Shown here in pieces: positions 39,531-47,882 of a stretch of 61,312 bases of DNA (its first letter is position 1; every line of letters begins with the position of its first letter). The stretch is taken from positions 1-61,312 of the forward strand of contig DAONMJ010000001.1 in assembly GCA_035392545.1 (NCBI GenBank), in the 5' to 3' direction. The notes beneath the pieces are model-generated. The model ran no database searches. It had not been told where the DNA came from and saw only the letters and a list, made by a program, of their open reading frames with translations. A program made the translations under genes and the position numbers. This DNA is from a bacterium (GTDB lineage Bacteria > Ratteibacteria > UBA8468 > B48-G9 > DTJG01).

Positions 39531-40391
39531 ATGGCTGCTCAAATTCTTGCAGGAAAAGAAATTGCAGAAAAAATTAAGCAAACAGTTAAAAAAGATCTTG
39601 AGCAATTGAAAGCAGATGGGATCATTCCAAAGCTTGTTGCCGTGCAGGTTGGAGAAAATCCATCATCTCTCGTTTATCTCAATGCACAGAAAAAAAGCTG
39701 TCAGGCAATGGGCATAGAACACGAAGTAAAAAATCTTGACGGCAATATTTCAGAATCAGATCTAATTCAGTTTATAAAAAATCTCAATGCAGATCGAACA
39801 ACCACAGGGATCATTTTACAAATGCCACTGCCTGCGGGTATGGATGTGAGAAAGGTTCAATCCACCATAAGCCCGGAAAAAGATGTGGAAGGTGTTAATC
39901 CAGCAAACTTAGGGTGGATTGTATATGGCAAACCTGTTCTTGCTCCCTGTACCGCACTCGCCGTAAAAGAACTAATTGATTCCACCGGTATTAATCTGTA
40001 TGGTAAGGAAGTTGTGATGGTAGGTCACAGTGATATTGTTGGCAAACCAGTAGCACTTTTGCTTGTTGATAAATTTGCCACCGTGAGTATATGCCACATT
40101 GGAACCAGTGATAGTGGTATGCTTGAAACCCATATCAAAAGAGCAGAAATTCTTGTTGTAGCTGTTGGGAAAGCCCATCTGGTTAAAGGTTCCTGGATCA
40201 AAAAGGATGCCATAGTTGTGGATGTTGGAATAAATAAATTAGGGGATAAAATTGTGGGAGACGTTGAGTTTGACACTGCAAAAGAAAATGCTTCCTGGAT
40301 TACACCGGTTCCTGGTGGAGTGGGACCTGTTACCACGGCAATTTTGTTGAGAAATACTGTGCTTGCGGCAAAAATGCAATTTTCAAATTAA
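39531..40391 (+). CDS. folD: bifunctional 5,10-methylene-THF dehydrogenase / 5,10-methenyl-THF cyclohydrolase
   Basis: ILAGKEIAEKI, VGENPSSLVYLNAQKK, PLPAGMD, VVMVGHSDIVGKPVALLL and TPVPGGVGPVT are present. Confidence 0.95.
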   Translation: MAAQILAGKEIAEKIKQTVKKDLEQLKADGIIPKLVAVQVGENPSSLVYLNAQKKSCQAMGIEHEVKNLDGNISESDLIQFIKNLNADRTTTGIILQMPLPAGMDVRKVQSTISPEKDVEGVNPANLGWIVYGKPVLAPCTALAVKELIDSTGINLYGKEVVMVGHSDIVGKPVALLLVDKFATVSICHIGTSDSGMLETHIKRAEILVVAVGKAHLVKGSWIKKDAIVVDVGINKLGDKIVGDVEFDTAKENASWITPVPGGVGPVTTAILLRNTVLAAKMQFSN

Positions 40392-40413
40392 TATTCTGTC
40401 CAAAGGAGAAAAC

Positions 40414-42108
40414 ATGCTAACAGATCTTGAAATCGCGCAGAAAGCAAAAATAAAAGATATTCGTGAAATCGCTGAAAGTGCTGGAATAGATGAGAAATTT
40501 CTTGAACTCTATGGAAATCATAAGGCAAAAGTTTCTCTTGAAATTATGAAACAAATTGAACACAATCCAGCAGGAAAATATATCGATGTTACTGCAATAA
40601 CACCAACCCCCCTCGGTGAAGGAAAAACAGTCACTACGATAGGGCTATCGCAAGCCATCGGAAAACTCAAAAAAAAGGTTTTTACATGCATCCGTCAACC
40701 GTCACTTGGACCTGTGTTTGGAATTAAAGGTGGTGCGGCAGGCGGTGGATATTCGCAGGTTATCCCGATGGAAGATTTCAATCTGCATCTCACAGGAGAC
40801 GTTCATGCTGTTGGCCTTGCTCATAACCTTCTGGCCGCATTTATTGACAATTCCCTTTTAAAAGGGAATCCTTTCAATATTGATCCCCTCTCAATTACCT
40901 GGCCAAGAGTTGTTGATGTCAGTGATAGAACACTACGCCACATCATTATAGGACTTGGTGGAAAAGACAATGGGATTCCAAGAGAAACTGGATTTGATAT
41001 TACAGTTGCATCAGAGGTAATGGCAATCCTTGCGCTAACCAGCGATATTTTTGATTTAAAGAAAAGATTATCAAGCATCATTATCGGAACATCCAGAAAA
41101 GGTACGCCTGTAACTGCGGTAGATTTGAAGGCATCCGGCGCAATGACAGTTCTCCTTAAAGATGCAATTAAACCAACACTGATGCAAACGCTTGAACACA
41201 CGCCTGTTCTTGTTCATGCAGGGCCATTTGCAAACATAGCACATGGAAACAGTTCTATCATTGCAGACAAAATTGCGATTCGTCTTGCTGATTATGTTGT
41301 GACAGAAAGTGGTTTCGGTGCAGATTGCGGATTTGAAAAATTCGCGAATATCAAGTGTAGATATAGCGGGCTGAAACCAGATTGCGTGGTGATAGTTTGT
41401 TCAATAAGAGCGTTGAAAATGCACAGCGGGCAGTTTAGGGTTGTTCCTGGCAAACCCCTTGATAAGGGACTGATTGAAGAAAATCTCGACGCTATAGAGA
41501 AGGGCGCAAAAAATCTCGCAAAACACATAGAAAACGTCGGCCTTTTCGGAATTCCCGCTGTGGTCGCAATTAATAGATTCACAACAGACACCGACAGGGA
41601 AATTGAACTGGTAAGACAACTTTCTCTGAATGCAGGGGCAAAAGCAGCGGAAGTCAGCAATGTATGGGCAGAAGGCGGAAATGGTGGCTTGAATCTTGCA
41701 AAAAAGGTGCTTGAAGCGTGTGAAGAAAAACACGATTTCCATTTTCTCTATCCACTCGAAAAACCGATAAAAGAAAAAATCGAAATCATAGCAACCAGGA
41801 TTTACGGAGCAGCAAGAGTTTCTTATTCACAAGCAGCAGAAGAAAAAATTAAACTGTACACCCGCTGGGGATTCAACAATCTACCAATCTGCATGGCAAA
41901 AACTCATCTTTCTTTGTCCCATGACCCCAATCTCAAAGGTGCGCCAGAAGGATTTACCCTACCAGTAGAAGATGTACGGCTTTCAGCAGGCGCTGGTTTT
42001 ATATATCCCCTCTGTGGAAAGATGAGAACCATGCCAGGATTACCCACAGAACCCGCAGGAGCGCATGTGGACATAGACGAAAAAGGCAGAACTGTTGGGC
42101 TTTTTTAG
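40414..42108 (+). CDS. fhs: formate--tetrahydrofolate ligase
   Basis: MLTDLEIAQKAKIKDI, TPTPLGEGKTVTTIGL, QPSLGPVFGIKGGAAGGGY and CMAKTHLSLSHDP are present. ATG 40414 is preceded by AAAGGAG. The track start at 40363 lies inside folD. Confidence 0.95.
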   Translation: MLTDLEIAQKAKIKDIREIAESAGIDEKFLELYGNHKAKVSLEIMKQIEHNPAGKYIDVTAITPTPLGEGKTVTTIGLSQAIGKLKKKVFTCIRQPSLGPVFGIKGGAAGGGYSQVIPMEDFNLHLTGDVHAVGLAHNLLAAFIDNSLLKGNPFNIDPLSITWPRVVDVSDRTLRHIIIGLGGKDNGIPRETGFDITVASEVMAILALTSDIFDLKKRLSSIIIGTSRKGTPVTAVDLKASGAMTVLLKDAIKPTLMQTLEHTPVLVHAGPFANIAHGNSSIIADKIAIRLADYVVTESGFGADCGFEKFANIKCRYSGLKPDCVVIVCSIRALKMHSGQFRVVPGKPLDKGLIEENLDAIEKGAKNLAKHIENVGLFGIPAVVAINRFTTDTDREIELVRQLSLNAGAKAAEVSNVWAEGGNGGLNLAKKVLEACEEKHDFHFLYPLEKPIKEKIEIIATRIYGAARVSYSQAAEEKIKLYTRWGFNNLPICMAKTHLSLSHDPNLKGAPEGFTLPVEDVRLSAGAGFIYPLCGKMRTMPGLPTEPAGAHVDIDEKGRTVGLF

Positions 42109-42115
42109 GTGATCT

Positions 42116-43513
42116 ATGACAGTAGCACCTGAAGTTATCATAGAACAGATAAAAAGTCTCGGTAACAAGAGCGGCATCACCCCTTATCTCGTTGGCGGTT
42201 ATCTCAGGGATAAATTTTTAAGACGAAGAAGTCATGACATTGATATCATGGTGGAAACTGACGCCCTTGAATTTGCGCGACTTTTTGCAAAAACATACGG
42301 ATATCCATCACCAATTTTTTACGGAAGATTTGGCACAGCAATGATTGAAATAGACAACAATAAATTAGAATTTGCAACCGCAAGAAAAGAAAGTTATGAA
42401 GAAAATTCTCGAAAGCCTCATGTAAAACCCGCAACTGTGATTGAAGATCTGGCAAGACGGGATTTCACAATTAATGCAATAGCACTGAATTTATTAAAGA
42501 GCCAGATACTTGATCCATTTGATGGGAAAAAAGATATTCGCAAAAAAATTATCAGAACTCCCGTAGATCCTGATAAAACATTTTATGATGACCCTCTCAG
42601 AATCCTCAGAGGCATAAGATTTGCGACAACGTTAAACTTTGGCATAGAAGAAGATACAAAAAAAGCAATGGCAAACAATGCAAAACGTTTGTTAATAGTC
42701 AGCCAGGAAAGAATCGCGGACGAAATTATGAAAATTATTTCAGCTAGAAAACCATCAAAGGGATTTTTTCTTATGGATGACATCGGCGTACTTGAACTAA
42801 TTATTCCTGAAGTCGCAGCATTGAAAGAAAAAAGAACAAACCATCCATGTAAGGAACTTTTTGAACATACACTTCAGGTCCTTGATAATACTGCTTCCAT
42901 GACAAAAAGTCCTGTGCTACGATTAGCAGCCCTTCTTCATGATATAGGTAAACCAAGAACATTGAAAGTCGAAAACGGTAAGGTGTCATTTCACAGGCAT
43001 GAAATCGTTGGTGCAAAAATGAGCATAAGGGTTTGTGGAAGATTGAAAATCTCACAAAAAGACACAGAAACAATTGGCCTATTGATAAAACATCACCTCA
43101 GACCCCATCTGCTGGCAAAAGAAAATCCTACTGACAATGCTCTTGCCCGATTCATCAGGGAAATTGGGGTGAATATGAAAGGACTTTTTATTATTGCCAG
43201 AGCAGACATCACAAGCAAGAACGAAAAAAAGGTGAAACAGGGAAGAGAAAAAATTCTTGCACTGCATGAACGGATCAAACAGGTGAACAAAAAAATGCGT
43301 CTGGCAAGATTTAAACTCGCCCTTGACGGATTCAATATAATGGAAATCCTCGGTATTGAACCAGGGAAACAGGTCGGCGTAATCAAGAAAAATTTGGAAG
43401 AACTTGTGTTAAGTGGTAAGATTGAAAACAAGAAAAAAGCTTTGAAAAAATATCTAAAAGAAGCACGTAAGGATATTTTGGCAGGTTCGGGTCATGGAAC
43501 AAAAACCAGTTAA
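42116..43513 (+). CDS. cca: CCA-adding tRNA nucleotidyltransferase (PolyA_pol head plus HD domain)
   Basis: YLVGGYLRDKFLRRRSHDIDI, RRDFTINAIA, DPLRILRGIRF and the HD domain LLHDIGKP are present. The product is 465 aa. Confidence 0.8.
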   Translation: MTVAPEVIIEQIKSLGNKSGITPYLVGGYLRDKFLRRRSHDIDIMVETDALEFARLFAKTYGYPSPIFYGRFGTAMIEIDNNKLEFATARKESYEENSRKPHVKPATVIEDLARRDFTINAIALNLLKSQILDPFDGKKDIRKKIIRTPVDPDKTFYDDPLRILRGIRFATTLNFGIEEDTKKAMANNAKRLLIVSQERIADEIMKIISARKPSKGFFLMDDIGVLELIIPEVAALKEKRTNHPCKELFEHTLQVLDNTASMTKSPVLRLAALLHDIGKPRTLKVENGKVSFHRHEIVGAKMSIRVCGRLKISQKDTETIGLLIKHHLRPHLLAKENPTDNALARFIREIGVNMKGLFIIARADITSKNEKKVKQGREKILALHERIKQVNKKMRLARFKLALDGFNIMEILGIEPGKQVGVIKKNLEELVLSGKIENKKKALKKYLKEARKDILAGSGHGTKTS

Positions 43514-43994
43514 GATCCTTTGGGCGCCGTGGAGAATAAATTACATTAAAAAGGGAAACAACAAAAGATGTTTCCTTTGCGAAATCAGCCATAAGAAAAG
43601 GAACAAATTTCTTCTGTGGAAAGGTGATTACTCAATGGTTGTAATGAATATTTATCCTTATAACAATGGCCATCTCATGATAGCACCCATTAAACATAAA
43701 AAAGATTTTAACAGTTTACAGAACGATGAAATTGGTGAAATGTTTCATATTCTTAAAACAACTGTTAACATTCTGAATAAAACATTGAAACCCCAGGGTT
43801 TCAACATTGGCATCAATCTTGGCCGGTGTGCAGGAGCAGGGCTCCCAGGCCATATTCACATACATATTGTTCCCAGATGGAATGGTGACACCAATTTTAT
43901 GCCGGTTCTTGCATCAACTAAAATCATTTCTCAATCTCTTGAAGAACTATCTGACATACTAAAAAAAGAATTTTCAAAAATTAAGAAAGGGTAA
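43494..43994 (+). CDS. HIT (histidine triad) family nucleotide hydrolase/transferase
   Basis: YPYNNGHLMIAP and the histidine triad GHIHIHIVPRWNGDTNFM are present. The product is 166 aa. Confidence 0.8.
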   Translation: MEQKPVKILWAPWRINYIKKGNNKRCFLCEISHKKRNKFLLWKGDYSMVVMNIYPYNNGHLMIAPIKHKKDFNSLQNDEIGEMFHILKTTVNILNKTLKPQGFNIGINLGRCAGAGLPGHIHIHIVPRWNGDTNFMPVLASTKIISQSLEELSDILKKEFSKIKKG

Positions 43995-43996
43995 TC

Positions 43997-45226
43997 ATGT
44001 ACATTGCAGATTTTCATATTCACTCAAAATATAGCCGCGCCACAAGTAAAAATATGGATATAGAACACCTTACACGCTGGGCAAAAAATAAAGGTATCTC
44101 TTTACTCGGAACCGGTGATATCACACATCCATTGTGGTTCGCTGAGATTAGGAAAAAACTCCAGCCTTCGGAAAAAGAAGGAATATACACATTTGATGGC
44201 ATTGACTTCATTTTATCGGGCGAAGTAAACAATATATTTACAAAGAATAAGGCAGTCAGAAAAATTCATAATATCGTGTTTTTCCATTCATTTGAAGGAG
44301 CAGAAAAATTCAATAAAAATCTGGAAAAATTCACAGAATTGCTCATTGATGGCAGACCAATCCTTCAGATTGATGCGAGAACACTTGTTAAAATGGTTAG
44401 AGACGCTGATCCAGAAGGTTTCGTTGTGCCAGCGCACATCTGGACTCCTCATTTCTCACTTTTTGGTGCAAATTCGGGTTTTGATAGAATTGAGGACTGC
44501 TTTGAAGAAGAAACGAGTAATATTTTTGCGCTGGAAACAGGACTAAGCAGTGACCCTCCAATGAACTGGTTGCTTTCGATGCTCGATCAGTTCATGTTGA
44601 TCTCCAATTCAGATGCACATTCACCACAAAAAATTGGAAGGGAAGCGAATGTGTTTTCTGAATCATTTTCTTTCCTGGAGCTAAAGAAAATTCTCAAAAC
44701 TCAAGATAAAACAAGATTCTTATTCACAATAGAATACTTCCCTGAAGAAGGGAAATACCACTATGATGGACATAGACTTTGCAAGGTTCGGCTTTCTCCA
44801 GAAGAAACACTAAAAAATAGACTTTTATGTCCTGTATGCGGGAAAAAAGTGACCGTTGGTGTGATGCACAGGGTTACGACTCTCGCAGATAGGAAAAATC
44901 AAAATCAACCTGCAAATAGAATCGGATATAAACACCTTGTACCACTTGATCAGATTATCGCTTCTGTCTATCAAAAAGACACGGAAGCAAATTTCACAAC
45001 GCAGATGTATGCGCAGGTTACAGGGAAATTGGGCCCTGAATTGAAAATTTTACTCGAAATACCAGAACAGGAACTTTTTGCAAATTTGCCAAAGGAACTT
45101 GCAACCGGCATAAAACTTGTCAGAGAAGAAAAACTTGTCGTTATACCAGGATATGATGGAGAATTCGGAACAGTTAAAATCAACCCTCTGCTTTCTGAGA
45201 GTCAGGTCCAGCAGACCCTTTTTTAA
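43997..45226 (+). CDS. PHP-domain endonuclease Q-like protein (TIGR00375-type)
   Basis: The N-terminal PHP metal site is MYIADFHIHSKYSRATS...LLGTGDITHP. NSDAHSP follows, then a C-terminal zinc ribbon YHYDGHRLC...CPVCGKKVTVGVMHRV. The assignment is from remembered family motifs, not from a search. Confidence 0.55.
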   Translation: MYIADFHIHSKYSRATSKNMDIEHLTRWAKNKGISLLGTGDITHPLWFAEIRKKLQPSEKEGIYTFDGIDFILSGEVNNIFTKNKAVRKIHNIVFFHSFEGAEKFNKNLEKFTELLIDGRPILQIDARTLVKMVRDADPEGFVVPAHIWTPHFSLFGANSGFDRIEDCFEEETSNIFALETGLSSDPPMNWLLSMLDQFMLISNSDAHSPQKIGREANVFSESFSFLELKKILKTQDKTRFLFTIEYFPEEGKYHYDGHRLCKVRLSPEETLKNRLLCPVCGKKVTVGVMHRVTTLADRKNQNQPANRIGYKHLVPLDQIIASVYQKDTEANFTTQMYAQVTGKLGPELKILLEIPEQELFANLPKELATGIKLVREEKLVVIPGYDGEFGTVKINPLLSESQVQQTLF

Positions 45227-46262
45227 GAAACTGTACGATCTTCTGACATTAATTCAGAGTGGAAGGATCGTCTCCAGAATCTGGGCGATTTTCTTTTATC
45301 CGTTGTCGCTTTTATGGCTTCTGGGTTGTTATATCAAATATCTCACAGCAAATAAACACACGGTAAAAACAGTGGTGGTATCTATCGGTAATCTGGAAGC
45401 CGGTGGTACAGGGAAAACGCCCACAACAATCAAAGTGGCAAACATCTTAAAAAATTTCGTGTCAAATGTCTGCATTATAAATTACGAAAAAAATAGAAAA
45501 AGCGCAGACGAATCCATTGTTATCTCTGAAGCATTACCAGAAGTACAAGTTTTATCGGGGAAAAATCGCAAAAAGATATTCTATGAAGTCCTTGGCAAAA
45601 GTCCAGAACTTGTTATTATAGACGATGGATTCCAGTATTTTGAAATTCCCAACAAAATTAATATCGTTCTTGTTGATCCCGAAACACCAATCAATCTGCT
45701 TATTCCTTCTGGACGGATGCGTTTTCCAATAACTTTTCTCAAATATGCAGACGTAATCATTGTAAAAAAAAGGCACAACAATGGTGATTATTCCAGATTT
45801 GTTAATCAGATGGAAAAATTCCATAAGCCGATTTTCACATTGGAATATTCTCCATTATGTTTAAAAAATGTACAGGGAGAAAAAATCCCACTATCATCAG
45901 TAAAAAATAAAAAAGTTCTTGCCTTTTGTGGTATTGCAAAACCATCAGATTTCATTGGTATGGTAAAAAAACTCGGTCCCCAGAAAATTTATATGGCGTG
46001 GTATCCTGACCATTTTCAATATTCCGAAAAAGACATGAAAGAATTACAGAGCATTTTCTGCCATATGAATCTTGATATTGCAATAACCACCGAAAAGGAT
46101 CTTGTAAAACTCAAAAATTTGAAAGTAACCATACCTTTGTATGGACTTGCTATTGAAACAAGCATTGAACCCGACCAGTATTTCAAGCAATGGCTTCTGG
46201 AAAAATTTTCAGATATGCAAAAAAAGTACCCAACTATTGAAACACGAAAATTTATGGTATAA
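45153..46262 (+). CDS. lpxK: tetraacyldisaccharide 4'-kinase (lipid A biosynthesis)
   Basis: FYPLSLLWLLGCYIKYL is followed by the P-loop VVSIGNLEAGGTGKTP, the LpxK N-terminal pattern. The start is uncertain: TTG 45117, ATG 45153 (74-nt overlap with the upstream gene) or TTG 45303. Confidence 0.78.
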   Translation: MMENSEQLKSTLCFLRVRSSRPFFKKLYDLLTLIQSGRIVSRIWAIFFYPLSLLWLLGCYIKYLTANKHTVKTVVVSIGNLEAGGTGKTPTTIKVANILKNFVSNVCIINYEKNRKSADESIVISEALPEVQVLSGKNRKKIFYEVLGKSPELVIIDDGFQYFEIPNKINIVLVDPETPINLLIPSGRMRFPITFLKYADVIIVKKRHNNGDYSRFVNQMEKFHKPIFTLEYSPLCLKNVQGEKIPLSSVKNKKVLAFCGIAKPSDFIGMVKKLGPQKIYMAWYPDHFQYSEKDMKELQSIFCHMNLDIAITTEKDLVKLKNLKVTIPLYGLAIETSIEPDQYFKQWLLEKFSDMQKKYPTIETRKFMV

Positions 46263-46270
46263 TTATTTAG

Positions 46271-47221
46271 ATGGAACGATTTGAACCAAGAAAATTTGTC
46301 GCCAGGAAAATTCAGGCTCTCCGTTCCCACGCCAGTGGAAAACGCGTTATTGTTGCTGTTTCTGGTGGAATTGATAGCATGGTCTGTTTTGAAATTGCCA
46401 GGAACGCCACAATAAAGCAAGAAGGACAAACGATACCATTTATTATCGATACAGGTCTTATGAGACAGAATGAAGTCAAACAAACCGAAGAATATTTCAG
46501 AAAAAAATACAATATTGAACTTCAACGATGGGATAAACAAAATGAGTTCATTTCAGCATTAAAAGGAATAGTCTCTCCTGAAGAAAAAAGAAAAACATTC
46601 AGAGACATTTTTTATAGAATTATAAGTCAGGCAATGCGAAGTTATGCAGCGGATATACTGGTACAGGGCACAATACTCTCGGATATCATTGAAACTCAGA
46701 AAGGAATAAAAACACATTTCAATGTATTGCACGAAGCAGGAATCAATCCCGCTAACTACGGGTTAAGTCTATTCGAACCACTGAAAGAACTAACAAAATC
46801 TCGAGTAAGGATGGTTGCCAGAAGTTTTGCCATACCTCCAAAATTCTTGAGAATTCAACCATTTCCCGGTCCTGGTTTTGCATTGAGAATCACAGGGGAG
46901 GTCACCTTTGAACGGGTTGCAAAAATCAGAAAAGCCACTGAAATTGTGGAATCCGAACTGATGAGCCCAAAAATTTTCCAGGGTTTCCCTGTGTTACTAA
47001 CTGATAAAGCGACCGGTATTCAAAATGAATCGGCATTCGTGGGCGATATCATAGCAATCAGAATTGTGGAATCAAAAGATTCTTTGTCCGCCAGGTCTTA
47101 TAGAATCCCCTGGATAAAAATGGATAAAATTGCAAAAAGAATCCTCACGGAAATTCCGGGTATCGCAAGGGTTCTTTACGATGTAACATCAAAACCACCT
47201 GGTACTATAGAATTCGTGTAA
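46271..47221 (+). CDS. guaA: GMP synthase, ATP-pyrophosphatase (synthetase) subunit only; no glutamine amidotransferase domain
   Basis: PP-loop VIVAVSGGIDSMV, LMRQNE, QGTILSDIIET, EPLKELTKSRVR, QPFPGPGFALRI and the C-terminal dimerisation domain ending YDVTSKPPGTIEFV are present. The 316-aa product begins directly with the PP-loop domain. Confidence 0.8.
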   Translation: MERFEPRKFVARKIQALRSHASGKRVIVAVSGGIDSMVCFEIARNATIKQEGQTIPFIIDTGLMRQNEVKQTEEYFRKKYNIELQRWDKQNEFISALKGIVSPEEKRKTFRDIFYRIISQAMRSYAADILVQGTILSDIIETQKGIKTHFNVLHEAGINPANYGLSLFEPLKELTKSRVRMVARSFAIPPKFLRIQPFPGPGFALRITGEVTFERVAKIRKATEIVESELMSPKIFQGFPVLLTDKATGIQNESAFVGDIIAIRIVESKDSLSARSYRIPWIKMDKIAKRILTEIPGIARVLYDVTSKPPGTIEFV

Positions 47222-47275
47222 CTGCTGTATATGCTTCATCCTGTAACTTATAAATTCTAATTCGAATATGAGAAT

Positions 47276-47881
47276 ATGACTGGTATAATAAACTACGGTG
47301 CGGGTAACATTTTCAGTGTTATAGTCAGCATCAAAAATTTGCACAATAAGGTGACGGTCGTGTCAAAGCCAGAAACATTGAAAAATGTTGATAGAATTAT
47401 ACTACCAGGAGTCGGTGCCTTTGACCATGCAATGAAATATTTAGAACAAACGGGGTTATCACAAGCAATAAGAGAAGAGACAAGGAAAGGCAAATTTCTT
47501 CTTGGAATATGTCTTGGATTACAGATGTTTTTTGAAAACAGTGAAGAGGGAAAATCAAAAGGATTTGGGTTTATTAGAGGTAAAGTCAAAAAACTATCAG
47601 GTAAAAAAAATTTACCTGTTCCGCATATGGGATGGAATTCTATTGATATCACACGCAACTCAAAATTTCTCAAAGATATACCAGACAATTCTTTTTTTTA
47701 TTTTGCTCATTCGTTTTACTGCTTCCCGAAAGAAAAAAATACCGCACTGGCGACAACATCTTATGGAACAGAATTTGCATCTGTCGTACAAAAAGACAAT
47801 ATTATTGGAGTACAGTTTCACCCCGAAAAAAGTGGAAAATACGGATTGCTTTTAATAAAAAATTTCTTGGAAATGAAATAA
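47276..47881 (+). CDS. hisH: imidazole glycerol phosphate synthase, glutamine amidotransferase subunit
   Basis: IINYGAGNIFSV, ILPGVGAF, the nucleophile elbow GICLGLQ, PHMGWN and VQFHPEKSGKYG are present. The product is 201 aa. Confidence 0.88.
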   Translation: MTGIINYGAGNIFSVIVSIKNLHNKVTVVSKPETLKNVDRIILPGVGAFDHAMKYLEQTGLSQAIREETRKGKFLLGICLGLQMFFENSEEGKSKGFGFIRGKVKKLSGKKNLPVPHMGWNSIDITRNSKFLKDIPDNSFFYFAHSFYCFPKEKNTALATTSYGTEFASVVQKDNIIGVQFHPEKSGKYGLLLIKNFLEMK

Positions 47882-47882
47882 T

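Noticed and set aside
46016-46540. 174-aa ORF antisense across the lpxK/guaA junction. Similar long antisense ORFs lie at 21041-21616, 17568-18032, 55040-55492 and 56622-57089.
   Set aside because: All lie opposite genes with strong family motifs. Their translations are Phe/Ser/Ile/Cys-rich with no domain signatures, so I treat them as shadow ORFs.
47260-47267. Palindrome ATTCGAAT flanked by ATTCT...AGAAT just upstream of hisH, considered as a possible operator
   Set aside because: It is short, AT-rich and imperfectly symmetric. Such palindromes are expected by chance in this composition, and I saw no second copy elsewhere.
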